Below, one piece after another: positions 1-13,641 of a DNA stretch of 64,000 nucleotides; positions within the stretch are counted from its first letter, which is position 1; every line of letters begins with the position of its first letter. The notes below the pieces were generated by a model. The model saw nothing but the letters and a program-made list of their open reading frames with translations, searched no databases and was not told the DNA's origin. The position numbers were made by a program, and so were the translations under genes. This stretch comes from Chiloscyllium plagiosum. Its lineage: Eukaryota. The stretch covers positions 7,345,600-7,409,599 of the forward strand of contig NC_057758.1 of the NCBI RefSeq assembly GCF_004010195.1. Direction: 5' to 3'.

Positions 1-2550
1 GGGAGTGCCAGGGAATAGGTCAGTATTTACAGGGGGGCATGCAGGGGCCTGTGTCGCTTTTTACAGGGCCGTTCCCGGGGAGCGTGTTATTGTTTATGGT
101 GGTGTTTCCAGGAAATGTGTCAATCTTTACAGAGGATTCCAGTGCAGTGTGACAGTATTTACGTGGGTGCACCAGGGAGTGTGCCAGTGTTTTCAGGGGA
201 GTCGCTGGGCAGTGTGCCATAATTTGCAGGGGTGTGCTGAGGAATGTGCCAGCATTTACCGGGGTCCCCGAAGGATGCAAAAGCATTTTCAATGGGGCCC
301 TGGGGAGAGAGTATATTTTTAAAGAGGGTGCCACGGAGTGTGCCAGACTTTACAAGGTGGTCCCAGTGAGTTTGTCGGTATTTTCAGGGGGGTGCCGAGG
401 TATATGTCGATCATTACAGGGGAGTTCCGGTGGGAAATGTCGGTATTTACAGGGTGATCATGTTCAGTGTGTTAATATTTACAGGGGTTTCCTGATGAGG
501 CTGCCAGTATTTACAGGGGCTGTGCGGGTCTCGGGGACTGTGTCGGTATTAGCAGGAGGGTTCTCGGGAAGTATTTATAGTATAATGTCAGAGTATGTAT
601 CAGTACTTAGAGGGCTTTCGTGGGGGAAGTGTCGGTATTTACAGAGGGGACCCGGAGTGTGTGTCAGTGTTTACGGGGCACCCGTGGAGCGAGTCAGCAT
701 TTACGGCTGTGTCTCATGATGTCAGTGTTTACAGGGGGCTACTGGGGTGAAATTCGTTATATACGGGGGGGTCCCGTGGAGTGTATCAGTGTGTACGGGG
801 TGTTCTGTGGAGTACCTCAGTATTTACAGGGTGGTGTCCAGGGGATGTGACGCTATAGACATGTGCGTTCCCGGAGACAGTGTCATTATTTACGGGGTTG
901 TGTTGGGGAAGTGTGTCAGTAGTTATAGAGGGGTTCCAGGGCAGTGTGACAGTATTTACAGGGGTGCACCGCGGCATGTGTCAGCATTTACACGAACGTA
1001 CCCCGGGGTTATTTCTGTATTTACGGGAGGATGGAGAAGTCTCGAAGTGCGTGTTAGTATTCAGAGGCGAATTCGCGTGCAGAGTTCGGGAGTTATTAGG
1101 GGAACCGGGGGATATGCGACTATTTTTAGTGGAGTTCTTGAGCAGTGTGACAGTATTAGCAGAGGTATGCCGGGGAAAGTATTTACTGGGGTTTCGGGCT
1201 GTGTGTCAGTATTTCCAGTGGGTTACCGGAGAGGGAGTCGGTATTTATAGGGAATGACACATGGAGAGTATAAGCATTTACAGTGTCCCTGTGGAAAGCG
1301 TCAGTGTTTAATGGGTGGGCTTGTTGATTGTTCCAGTTTTTTCAGTGGGGATGCCGAGGAGCATGCCAGTGTTTACATGGGGCTCCCGTGGAGTGTTAAG
1401 TATTTGCAGGTGAATCCAAGGGAATGAGTCAGTAATTACAGGGAGGAACACAAGGACTGTATCAGTGTTGGGAGACTGTACCTGGGGAGTGTGAACTTAT
1501 TCCAGGGGTGAGTGCCAGGGAGAGTGTCTGTATTTAATGATTAGTCCCAGGGAGTGTGTTGGTATTAATGGGCGGGTCCAGGGAAATGTGTCAGTTTTTA
1601 CAGGGGAGTGTTGGGCATTTTGCCAGTATTTACAGGGTCCCTCCAGGCAATGTGTCAGTATTCACAGGGCGTCCTGGTGAGTGAGTCAGTACTTACAGGG
1701 TGATCCCAGGTAGAATGTCGGTATTCACAAATGTGGTCCCGCGGAGATTGTCAAAATTTATTGGGATGTCCCGGGGAGTATGTCTTTCTTTACAGGGCGG
1801 TGCTGGGATGTGCGTCCCAGCCAATATGTCAGTGCTTGCAGGAGGTTCTGCGGAATGCATCAGTATTTATAGGTGTGTCTCGCTAAAAGTGGCAGAACTT
1901 AAATTGGGAGCCCGGAGTCTGTGTCCGCATTTAAAGGAATGTGCAGAAGAGTGTGTCTTTGTTTACAGGTGCATTTCGGGGTGTGTGTCAGTATTTACAG
2001 TCATGTCCCAGAAGTGCGTCTATATTTACAGGAGTGGTGTGAAGAGTGCGTCAGTACTTATAGCGGAGCTCCTGTGCAGTGTGACGGTGTTTACAGGGGT
2101 GCCTTGGGGATGAGTAAGGTTTTACAAGGGATGCCCCAGGCAGTGTATCAGCATTTACAGGGGGTTCCTGGGAGAGAGGGTCTGTATTTATAGGGTGGGT
2201 TCCAGGGAGTATGTCAGTATTTACAGCAGGGGTCAAGGGGAGTGTGTAAATATTTACACGGGTGTCCCCGAGGAGTGTGCCAGTACTTAAAGGGGTGTCA
2301 CGAGGAATGTGTCGGTACTTACGGGGGTGACGTTACCAGGTACTGTGTCGGTATTAACTGGAGTTTACTGGGCAGCGTGTTAGTACTTACCGGGTGATGC
2401 CGTTAAATGTATCAGTATTTACAGGGGTGTGGCTGGGAAAGTGCTAGTATTTACGGGGGCGGGGTCTCGTGAAACATGTCCATATTTACAATTTACAGGT
2501 GCGTTTCGGATGTGAGTCCGAATTTAAAGGAAGGACCCTGGGGAGAATGT
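1..2550. repeat. Degenerate ~33-bp minisatellite (core gtgtgtcagtatttacagggg)
   Basis: Variants of the gtatttacagg motif recur at ~33-bp spacing throughout. The overlapping ORFs are repeat translations (VSVFTG). Confidence 0.9.
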
Positions 2551-2560
2551 TGGTATTGCA

Positions 2561-4405
2561 CATAGGAAATTACAGTGCAATACAGGTCCTTCGGCCCTCG
2601 TTGTTGCGCCGACCTGTCATACCAATCTGAAGCCCATCTAACCTACATTATTCCATGTATGTTCATATGCTTGTCCAAAGACGACTTCAGTGTACTTAAA
2701 GTTGGTGAATCTACTACCATTGCAGGCAAAGCATTCGATACCCTTACTACTCTCTGAGTAAAGAAACTACCTCTGACATCTGTTCTATATCTATCACCCC
2801 TCAATTCAAAGCTTGCCCTCTCGTGCTCGCAGTCACCATACTTGGAAAAAGACTCTCCCTGTTCTCCCTATCTAATCCTCTTATTACCTTATATGTCTCT
2901 ATTAAGTCACCTCTCAACCTTCTTCTCTCCAACGAAAACAGTCTCAAGTCCCTCAGCCTTTCCTCGTAAGAGCTTCCCTCCATAACAGGCAACTTCCCAG
3001 TAAATCTCCTCTGCACCCTTTCCAAAGCTTCTACATCCTTCTTATAATGCGTTGACCAGTACTGTACACAATACTCCAAGTGCGGCCGCACTAGGATTTT
3101 GTACAGCTGTAGCATAACCTCATGTTTCCGGAACTCGATCCCTCTATCAATAAAAGCTAAAACACTATATGCCTTCTTAACAACCCTGTCAACTTGGGTG
3201 GCAACTTCCAAGGATCTGTGTACCTGGACACCGAGATCTCTCTACTCATCTACACTACCAAGAACCTTATCATTAGCCCAGAACTTTGCATTCTGGTTAC
3301 TCAGACCAAAGTGAATTGCCTCACACTTGTCCACATTAAATTCCATTTGCCACCTTTCAGCCCTGCTCTGCAGCTTATCTATGTCTCTCTGTAACCTACA
3401 TCATCCTTCGTCACTGTCCACAACTCCACCGACCTTAGTGTCATCTGTAATTTTTCTAACCCACCCTTCTACGCTCTCATCCAGGTCGTTTCTAAAAATG
3501 ACGAACAGCAGTGGACTCAACACCGACGTTTGCGGTACACCACTCGTAACTGGACTCCATGATGAATATTTCCCATCAACCACCACCTTCTGCCTTCTTT
3601 CAGCAAGCCAATTACTGATCCAAAATGCTATATCTTCCACAATCCCATTTCTCCGCATTTTGTACAATAGCCTACTGTGCGGAATCTTATCGAACGCCTT
3701 GCTGAAATCCATATACACCACATCAACCGGTTTAATCTCATCTATCTGTTTGGTCACCTTCTCAAAGAACTCAATAAGGTTTGCGAGGCACGACCTACCC
3801 CTAATCAAATTATTCTTTTATTGATGATTATGAATCCTATCTCTTATAACCTTTTACAAAACTTTACCAACAACTGAAGTAAGGCTCACTGGTCTAACAT
3901 TACCAGGGTTGTCTCTCCTCCCCTTCTTGAACAGGGGAACCACATTTGCTATCCTCCAGTCTTCTGGCACTATTCCTGTAGACAATGACGATTTAAAGAT
4001 AAATGCCAAAGGCTCGACAATCTCCTCCCTGGCTTCCCAGAGGATCCTAGGATAAATCCCATCCACCCCAGGGGACTTTTCTATTTTCACACTCTGCAGG
4101 ATTTCTAATACCTCTTCCTTGTGAACCTCAATCCGACCTATTCTAATAGCCTGTATCTCAGTATTCTCCTCCACAACATTGTCGTATTCTAGAGTGAATA
4201 CTGTCGAAAACTATTCATTTAGTGCTTCCCCTATAGTCCTCTGACTGCACACACAACTTCCCACTACTCTCGTTGATTGGCCATAATCTTACTCTCGTCA
4301 TTCTTTTATTCCTTAAATGCCTACAGAAAGCCTTCGGGTTTACCCTGATCCTGTCCGCCAACAACTTCTCATGTCTCCTCCTGGCTCTTCTGAGCTCTCT
4401 CTTCA
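2561..4405 (-). mobile_element. CR1-type LINE, 3' half of ORF2 (reverse transcriptase), defective
   Basis: Minus ORFs carry CR1 RT motifs: KSPGVDGIYPRIL, DWRIANVVPLFKKG, RPVSLTSVVGK, YMDFSKAFDKIPH, SGVPQTSVLSPLLF, LVRPHLEYCVQ, LERRRLRGDLIETYK. Broken by stops and frameshifts. Confidence 0.92.
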
Positions 4406-5199
4406 GCAATTCAGTCCTCGAAAAGCAGGAGTCTGTTCCTAGCTTTCAAAAATGATCCATGCCTAACATTGAAGTGATTCAGGCACAAATTTGTAAGGAA
4501 GCCACTTTGTGATCTAAAGTTTGCCCAACTTGCTAAGAAGCTATTTTGTAAAACAATTGTACCTGACCTGGGAGCTGCGCAAGTTTACCTTATGAACTCT
4601 CCAATTAGCTCAGAGTGGTACCTCTTGACGACAAGATTTTATCGCACTCACAGGCGTCTAACTCGGCTGGGTATGTTTGTTTCACCTGATGAATGGCTTA
4701 GGTCCTGTAGGAGTGATTAGTCAAGCACACAAAGAACTGTCAATTAACTTTCCTTCATTATGAATTCTGCATTTCTCTGTTGTCTGTCTAAGAACATGCA
4801 GTGATTTTGTAAGTTCGGTATAAAGGAAGCCACTGTGTATCAGTACAGCAGAGTAGCCTGCTGGGGCACTTGAAGAGCTGGTACCCTACTCGCCTCGGTT
4901 ATTCAAAACTAATTAGTTTAGCTTATCGGTGTCAGTGTTATGTTGTAACAGCGATGCTACTGTTAAATAATGGGGATGACTAAAATTAAACTAAACTGTC
5001 TGTAAGAGGGATTTATTCCAGACTTCAAAAGAGAATGATCTCTGCGACGTTCCTCGGGACTCAAGTCTGAGCCCACAAGGGATTCCCTGGGACATCTCAA
5101 ATCACTAGTTTAAAACTCGCTTGCCAATTCTGCCTACTGGTCCTAAGTGCGAGGTCCCAGGATCTTCACGAATGCAAATTCTTCTTATTCATAACTAAG

Positions 5200-7450
5200 A
5201 GCTATGCCCAGGCCTTTTTGCCACATTTAACCTTTGTGATCATTCCAGTTGATGACTAGGAGCTAGGCTTCAGGCTTAGTCTTTCCAGATCCTTGACACC
5301 TCAGCCCATCCAATGTGTGATGATGCAGTCGTCGTTGACATGGCCTCCCAGTGTTTCATGCCTGAGGATGGGATGGAATGTTCATGAGGCTGCCTGGCGC
5401 TTAGCAGCTTGCTGGAGGCCAAGTGCAGGGAGGTCACGATGCAGCACAGGTTGGCATCCGGGCTCTGGAGGCCTGTGATGGTTCACTGCAGCTGCTGGTG
5501 GAGGTGTGGCCCGGCCTTCTTCGGCTCCCCCACTCACCCAGGATACGATACAGGAGGGCAGCCAGGAGATATCAGGGGGCATGATGCTGACACAGCCGGT
5601 GAGCGGACTCCCAACCATCCAAATGGTTGACAGGACTGGGCGTGCAGGTAGCTGGAGGTGGGCATCTGGGGACCCTGAAGGGCCTTCGGCGACTCCTGCT
5701 GATCCACTCGCTGGGAGGGAAGGATGATGGGTCTCAGGGGTGGGGAGGCTGCACTCACCAGTTTCACAGTCGTGGCCCACAATGCCAGTTAGGCCGTGTC
5801 GAGGCCTCAGTCATAGACCCAGCTGATTGGTGAAGCAAGTCCAAAATGAAGCCTGAGCATTAATTTCCCTGCACTGAGCTCCTCAATCATCCTGTACGTG
5901 GATTTGCTCAGTCAGCACTAGGCCCATTATTCCGACTGGTCCTATATTTGCCCACATGTAATCCATAACTGGTGTGAAATGGGCGAACCCAGCTCTAGGC
6001 ACTTGAGGCATCATGATCCGATATTTTCTGGCATTGTGTAGGTATTGGCTAATTGACTAACTCAGCATTAGGCCTGAGATGCAACCTGAACCTTCATCAT
6101 GGCCAGGGTGGGAGTGGAATATTGCTCATTTAATCCACCACCATGAATCACATTGGCTGACGAGGCCCAAGACACAGCTTTAGCTCTGCGTGTATGGGTG
6201 CTGGAGATGACCACTGATCTGATACGGGGAGTGGAATTGGCTAATCCATTCCTCGGCCAAGATTCAACCTGGGCTGCATTGCCCTGATCTGTGGGTGTCA
6301 ACTAGCCTTCGTTCAACAGTAAACATTTGGTTCAGGATCTGCATCTCGTTCTAATTTTCCCCACACTGTGCTTCTCGATTCAGCCCACATCATCGAGTGT
6401 GAGATCAGTTTAGGAATGTGCCCAAGAATGGAGCCTGGGACTCTCCTGCTCTGTGTGCACATGTATCTGGCTGGGAGGGCGAGGAACCTTGGTTCCACAT
6501 TATTCCATCAGACCAACTAGCACGAGGCACACGATGAAGCCTAAGTTTACGTTTGCTTACGTTGTGGGTTTTGGTCAGTTCGAGAAGGAAAAGTCAGGAA
6601 AACTGGCAGATGAGGTATGTTGATCTGGGTCACCCGGTCTACTTCAAAACAGAGGACTAGTACATTTGCTTCCAAGGATTACTGGTTTTTATTCTCTCTG
6701 GTTAAGAATGAGCTTGGTTATCTCGGAAGTATTAAGCCAAAATGGAAGCTATGCACATCGTGCATGTGGGGCCTCTCAGTCCCAGATCTGATGAAGGATC
6801 AGCAAGCACTGGCCTGAGACTGAGCCTGCACCTTAATTACACAGTCTGGGTCTGCAGAAGTCCCACATTGGGTGGAATTAGTAAATTCAGTGCTGTACTG
6901 GCAATGGAGACTGAGGCTTACACTTCTCAGCATGGGACTCCAAAAGTCCCACATTAAATCATATAATTCCTGTAGCGTGGAAACTGGCCCTTCGATCCAA
7001 CAAATCCACAATGATCCTCTGAAGAGTATCCCACCCAGACCCATTCCCCTAATCTCTTACTCTTTATTTACCCTGACTATTGCACCTGACCTGCTCATCC
7101 CTGAACACTGTGGGTAGATTAGCATGGTCAGTTCATCTAATCTGCACATCTTTGGACTGGGGAGGAAACCGGAACACCCGGAGGAAACACACACAGACAC
7201 AGTGAGAACATACAAACGCCACACAGACAGTCACTTGAGGCTGGAATCGAACATGGGTCCCTGGCGCCATGAGGCAGCAGTGCTAACCGCTGAGATATTG
7301 CGCCACCCCATCACTGATCCACCGTGCCACATTGGGTGGAATTGTTACATTCAGAACTGGGTCCAAGATGGAGGCTGAGGTCCACATTAGCCCACATGGG
7401 GCTCGAACATCCCACACTGGATGAAATTGGGAAAAGCAATGCTAGTCCGT
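5200..7450 (+). repeat. Unclassified ~2 kb dispersed repeat, copy 1 (interrupted by a SINE)
   Basis: Homologous in reverse complement to ~53650-55420. For example gaaggaaaagtcaggaaaactggcagatgagg (~6583) matches cctcatctgccagttttcctgacttttccttc (~54117). Confidence 0.75.
6956..7326 (-). mobile_element. tRNA-derived SINE (HE1/V-SINE-like)
   Basis: Reverse-complement tRNA-like head (ggctggaatcgaac...gaggcagcagtgctaacc), core ctgcacatctttggactg...ggaggaaaccgga and a CR1-like tail. Flanked by ccacatt at 6949-6955 and 7327-7333. Confidence 0.85.
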
Positions 7451-7828
7451 GGATGGAGAAATCCCGTGTCTTTGCTGTGCATCGCCAGATGGGAGGAGGA
7501 TTTAGTTCCTGGCCAAACAACAATTCGAGGAATAATATCAATGATCAAGGGCAGAGATTAATCGCTTAAAACTCAGGAATAGGAAAGGTGAAACCACAAT
7601 GGTATACTACAGGCCACACAACAGGAAGCAGGAGACAGATCTTGGAAAGACGTAACATAAGCAGGGTTGCTGGTTTGGGTAATTTTCATTTCCTGTATAC
7701 TGATTTGGACTCACTATGTGTTCGGGGCAGAATTTGTAAGGATCATTCAAGAGGTTGTCTTGACATGATATGTAAACAGTCCAACCAGGGGAGGGATTAT
7801 ATGGAACCTGGTTTTGGGAAATGAGCCC

Positions 7829-8250
7829 NNNNNNNNNNNNNNNNNNNNNNNNNNNNNNNNNNNNNNNNNNNNNNNNNNNNNNNNNNNNNNNNNNNNNNNN
7901 NNNNNNNNNNNNNNNNNNNNNNNNNNNNNNNNNNNNNNNNNNNNNNNNNNNNNNNNNNNNNNNNNNNNNNNNNNNNNNNNNNNNNNNNNNNNNNNNNNNN
8001 NNNNNNNNNNNNNNNNNNNNNNNNNNNNNNNNNNNNNNNNNNNNNNNNNNNNNNNNNNNNNNNNNNNNNNNNNNNNNNNNNNNNNNNNNNNNNNNNNNNN
8101 NNNNNNNNNNNNNNNNNNNNNNNNNNNNNNNNNNNNNNNNNNNNNNNNNNNNNNNNNNNNNNNNNNNNNNNNNNNNNNNNNNNNNNNNNNNNNNNNNNNN
8201 NNNNNNNNNNNNNNNNNNNNNNNNNNNNNNNNNNNNNNNNNNNNNNNNNN
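7829..8250. other. Assembly gap (N run), followed by a poly-G tract
   Basis: Run of N. Smaller gaps lie at 13537-13576, 56781-56818 and 60862-60972. Confidence 0.99.
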
Positions 8251-8640
8251 CGTGCGGGGGGGGGGGGGGGGGGGGGGGGTTGGGGGAGAGGTGGGGCATT
8301 TCGGGAGTAGTGACCATAATACTGTAAGATGCTCGTGGATTAGCAGCCCTCAGGTGAAGGCCTTAAATTAGAGGAAGGGGCACTACAACAAGGCAGGAAC
8401 TGGACATTATTGATCGGAGGCGGCTGTTTCAGGGTAAATCGACATCGGAGATGTGGGAGTTTTTCAAACAACAGTTGATAAGAGTTCAGGAGTGGCACAT
8501 TCCTGGGAGAATGAGGGATGCGTATCGCAAGATACGTAAACCTCAGATGACCAGGGATGTTAAGACCTTGGTCAGAACGCAAAATAAAGCCTTCCTAAGA
8601 TTTAATTTGGAGGTGCCAGGATTGGACTGTTGTGTACAAT

Positions 8641-10240
8641 GTTAAAAATCACACAACACCAGGTTATAGTCCAACAGGTTTAATTGGAACTCTAGCTACT
8701 TCATCAGGTTGTTGTGGAGTATAAGATTGTAAGACACAGAATTAAGAGCAAATATTTACAGCGTGATATAACTGAAATTATATATTGGAAATGATCTGAA
8801 TTGTTTATTAAGTCTCTTATTTTTTTGAATGACATGATGGTTTCAGTTCTTTCATATGCAAATTCCGGAACGTTCTAAAAGTTACATTCTCTCGGGAACT
8901 TTAACCCTCAGTGCCACGTTGGCCCAGATAATGCATTGGAGGTGTGAGGTGCGCTGTGTGAGGCTGTCTGTGCCCCAGTGTTCAGACTGATACTAATACA
9001 AAAAATGGATCTACAGAATCTTACATGGGCTTAAGCCGTTTTTGAGCAAAATAAAATGTAATTCTGCAAGTACAAATTCACACCACAAAGGTGTGTGTGT
9101 GTCTGTGTGTGTGTGTGGGAGTGTAACCTCTAGGGTCACATGAACCTAAGGTCTCGGTGGAGGCCATCCCCCGAGTACGTGGCAGGTAGTCATTTGATTC
9201 GGCCAACATAGTCTATCTCGTACACTGCAGGCAAGGATGCCCTGAGGTATGGCAAATTAGTGAGAGCAAGCATAGGCTACGGCAACGGTGAATGGGCACC
9301 GCACCACAATCAACAGACAGGAGTGTTCCCTCCCAGTCGGAGAACACTTCAGCAATCCAGACATTCGACCTCAGAACTTTGGGTGACCATTCTGCAAAGC
9401 AAACTTCAGGACGGGCAACAGCGAAACGTGGCCAGGCAGAGGCTGATAGCCAAGTTCTGTACCCATGGGGATGGCCTCAACCAGGAGCTTGGGTTCACAC
9501 GACAGGTGACCCCACTACGCCACACACACACACACATCTCCAGACACATTTGCACACAATTCTACAGACCAATACACTCCGCAAATCCTTTCTCATATGC
9601 AAGATGTTTCTCGTAAGCTCACACACACTCCCACACTCACACAAGCACTCTCTCACAGACTTTTACCCCTTTACACTGACACTCACACACATACACAGAT
9701 ACGCTATGTCTCACGGACACTCAACCTCACCCTGCAACCAAGTCCACATGCACGTGCCTACACACACACACATATCAGCATGTGGCGTGAATTTGTACTT
9801 GCAGAATTACATTTCATATTGCTCGAAAATACTTAAACCATGTACGATTCTGTATCATCATTTTTTAGATTAGAATCAGTCTGAACACTGGGGCATTGAC
9901 AGACTCAGGGCATCTCGGACTTTCAATGCATTATCTGGGGCGACACGGCACCGAGGGTTAAAGTTCATTTGAGATTGCACCTTCAAGAAACTACTGGAAT
10001 TTACACATGAAAGGAATGAATCCAACATGCCCATTCTAAAAGATGAGAGACTAAACAAGCAATCCAGGCATTTTTTTTCAACATATAATTTCAGTTACAT
10101 CACACTGTACACTTTTGAGATGAGTTCTGTATCCTATGATCTTATACTCCACAACCAGCTGATGAAGGAGCAGTGCGGAGAAAGCTAGTGCTTACAAATA
10201 AACCTATTGGATTATAACCTGGTATTGTGTGATTTTTAAC
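8641..10240. mobile_element. Non-autonomous Penelope-like element with long inverted terminal repeats and a GIY-YIG C-terminal remnant
   Basis: gttaaaaatcacacaacaccaggttatagtccaacaggttt (8641) is the inverse of aaacctattggattataacctggtattgtgtgatttttaac (ending 10240). The arms are ~450 bp. The centre encodes ILQSKLQDGQQRNVARQRLIAKFCTHGDGLNQELGF. Confidence 0.8.
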
Positions 10241-10799
10241 TTCCAAAGGTTTAGGAAGATGGAAAATGACAAAACCCTTGAAGTAAAGAAGGAAATTAGG
10301 AATTAACTTATCCAAGGAATTAGAAGGGGTGACGAAAGGTCATTAGCAAACAGGATTAAGGAGAATCCCAAAGCTTTTCACACATATATAAAAAAAACAA
10401 GAATGCAGCCGGGAAAGGGTTGTCCCACTCAAGGACATAGGAGGGGATCTATGTGTAGAGTCAGAAGAGGTAGGTGAAGTCCTAAACGTAGACTTTATGT
10501 CAGTATCCAGCAAAGATAAGGAATTGGTGGAGGATGATCTCAGGGAAGGGAATGGCAAGTTTCTAACCCAAGTTACTACTAAAAATGAATAGGTGTTGTG
10601 CGTATTAAACATATTAAGATGGACAAGACTCCAGATTCTGATGGGATCTGTCCCAGAGTATTGAGTGAGGCAAGAGAGCAATTTACTGGAGCATTCTATC
10701 AACAAACTCTACCAACAAATACTTTGAGTTAGAACCCATCTACCACCCCCTGAGAAAAGGAACAGGAAGTCACTTCACCACAGGAAATATTCCAATTCA

Positions 10800-11540
10800 T
10801 ATACCCATCATAATGCCTCTTAAATATTGCAATTGTACCAGACTCCACCACTTCCTCTGGCAGCTCATTCTATACGCGTACTACCCCATGCGTGAAAAGG
10901 TTGCCCCTTAGGTCTCTTTCATATCTTGCCCCCTCACCCTAAACCTATACCCTCTAGTTCTGGACTCCCCCACTCCAGGGAAAAGACCTTGTCTATTTAT
11001 CCTATTCATGCCCCTCTTAATTTTGTAAAGATCACCCCTCAGCCTCCGACGCTTCAGGGAAAACAGCCCCAGCCTGTTCAGCCTCTCCCCATAGCTGAAA
11101 TCCTCCAATCCTGGTTACATTTTTGTAAATCTTTTCTGAACCCTTTCAGGCTTCAAAATATCTTTTCGATAGAAAAGATACCAGATTGCATGCAATATTC
11201 TAACAGTGACCTAACCAATGTCCTGTACAGCCGCAACATGACCTCCCAACTCCTGTACTCAATACGCTGTCCTATAAAAGAAAGCATACCAAACGACTTC
11301 TTCACTCTCCTATCTACCTGCGACTCCACCTTCAAGGTGCTATGAATCTGCACTCCAAGTTCTCCTTGTTCAGCAACACTCCCTAGGAGATTACAATTAA
11401 GTGTATAAATTACTAGTCCTTTGTCCATACTAACTATACACCTTATGCTCACATCTAAATTATTTATATAAATTACGAAAAGTAGTGGACCCAGTACCGA
11501 TTTTTGTAGCACTCCATTGTTCACAGGCTCCCAGTCGAGG
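10800..11540 (-). mobile_element. CR1 LINE 3' fragment
   Basis: GVLQKSVLGPLLFVIYINNL, LRLYRTLVRSLLEYC, LFSLKRRRLRGDL. Confidence 0.88.
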
Positions 11541-12769
11541 ACCACAGTGTGTAATCTCATAATATTTGATCACTTATTTAAGAACGAGTTTAGGATTAAT
11601 TTCTTGTTATCACTGAAGACTGTTGAGGCTGGCGTATTAAGTGTACTGAAGCTGAGATGGACCGATTTTAATCAGGAAGGCAATCAACGGTTTTCGGGAA
11701 AAGTCAAGTCATTGGATTTGAGGGTTATCAGAATATCTGACCACACTTAGTGGGCTGAATGGTCTACTTTTGCACCCATGTCTTATTGTCCGTTGGTCAG
11801 AGTGAATTGACATTTTATTTTGGGAGTAGAGTCTCTTATTGTTGTTTATGTTAACACGTTAGTTATTAATCATGTGAATTCAACAGAGGGAAATGATTTT
11901 GCGGGCACTTTACTTTTTTCCCAACCTTGGATGGAGAGTCACAGTTCTGAAGTTATGCCTGTGAGTGAGAAGTCCTCTACATTTGGACTCCAGCTCAGCA
12001 TGGAACTTATTTGAAATTCGAGAAATTGCAGTATTGGACAATGCAGAAGCTGGAAAAAACTATCGACAAAAGCTCAAAGTAAAAATTTTCATTAGATTTG
12101 ACAAAGGCATTGACAACTGTGCATTCATAACATCAGAGTCGCCACTACTAAATTAATACAGGATAAAACAATCAATTACCAGTTCAGAAAAGAGCAAATT
12201 AAACCTCAGCATGATGTGGAGGAATCAAAGCGTTGAAAAGGAAACTGAAAAAACAAATTGAGGAAACTGTTGACTGAGAGTAAAATAGTGTTTATTCTGA
12301 ATGGGGGTCAGGGAAAAAAAAATCAATGCAGCCCCTTAAATATAAAAATGCATTGGAGCAATGTCACGAATGAAGATTGCAACCAACCATGAAAGAGTTG
12401 CAGGTGTTTTGACAGACAAACTGCTTTTATCCAAAGGGCTCTGACAACACAGGCAGTGGAACATTTGTAGAGAGAGAGAGCTCTGGAAATCTCCGGTTTC
12501 AGAATGAGAAACTGGGAAGAAATGGACATAAATTCCAGTGGGCAAAGGAAGACGTTTATGTTGATCTCTTTAGAAAGTGAATGAACCTTCAAGACTTCAT
12601 GAGATAAACATATTGGGCTGTAAAAGTAAAACAACTTCAAAGCATTGCAGAGATTGTTGATACAAATATTGTTTTATGTTAGGATGTTTCTGCGTTTAAC
12701 TTTTCATTCACATAATAAAGTTCATTTTTGTTAAATAGTGTGACCTGTGGTGCTCTGCATCTTTCAGTT

Positions 12770-13080
12770 AGAATAGAATCTTTACAAGCCCTTCGGTTCA
12801 ACAAGTCCACACCGATCCGCTGAAGAGTAACCCACCCAGACCCATTCCCGTACCCTATATTTACCCCTGATATACCTACCCTACACATCCCTGAACACGG
12901 GGCAATTTATCATGGCCAATTCAACTAACCTCACATCTTTGGATTGTGGGAGGAAACCGGAGCACCAGGAAGGAACCCACGCAGTCATAGGGAAAATGTA
13001 CAAACTCCACACAGCAGCCCAAGGCTAGAATCGAACCCATGTCCATGGCGCTGTGAGGCAGCAGTGCTAGCCACGGTGAC
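12770..13080 (-). mobile_element. HE1/V-SINE-like SINE
   Basis: Same head, core and tail as the copy at 6956-7326. Confidence 0.85.
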
Positions 13081-13439
13081 ACCCTCGCATTACTTATGAA
13101 TATTTGAAAGTATCTTTAAACATTGACTGTCCAGACAAAGTTTACAGGATTCTTGTTCCTGGAGACAAAAGGTGAGCAGGGTTAATCAGTGAGAATCTCC
13201 ACGCACAGTGAGAAAGCAGAACGCAGACAGGCTCTGGAAGTGATCACCAGATAAAGCACATATTCAAATGACTTCGGGCACAGTGTGATGCATTTGTTTT
13301 TGTTTGACACAGGGAGCATGTCTGAAGATTTTGGAAAATGTTTGAATGGGAGTTTGACATGCGAGGCGAGAATTGGATGCCCATCTCTGATTATCCCCAA
13401 AAATGATGTGAAGGAGCCGGTGTTTTCCTGGGGTGGGCA

Positions 13440-13576
13440 AAATGAAAATTCACACAACACCAGGTTATATTCGAACAGGTTGATACTCAATCACACTCAT
13501 GTGCACATTCTACCAAGCATGCACACACACACACACNNNNNNNNNNNNNNNNNNNNNNNNNNNNNNNNNNNNNNNN

Positions 13577-13641
<65 letters not shown>

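Larger units (their letters stand above)
7660..10700 (+). mobile_element. Decayed CR1 ORF2 (endonuclease/linker region), split by an assembly gap and a Penelope-derived insertion
   Basis: GNFHF..D-like endonuclease remnant near 7675, gtagtgaccataat (SDHN) at ~8307, and RIKENPKAF-like sequence at ~10350 resuming after the insertion. Confidence 0.6.

Noticed and set aside
5..2236. Many overlapping ORFs
   Set aside because: They are translations of the 33-bp satellite and show no domain signal.
7230..7300. tRNA-like sequence in SINE heads (also ~13020, ~40900, ~57970)
   Set aside because: These are parts of SINE bodies, not tRNA genes.
7607..8371. Long ORFs of 168-236 aa
   Set aside because: They are open only because they cross the N gap.
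8641..10240. DNA transposon suggested by inverted repeats
   Set aside because: There is no transposase remnant. The GIY-YIG tail and hammerhead-like core point to a Penelope origin.
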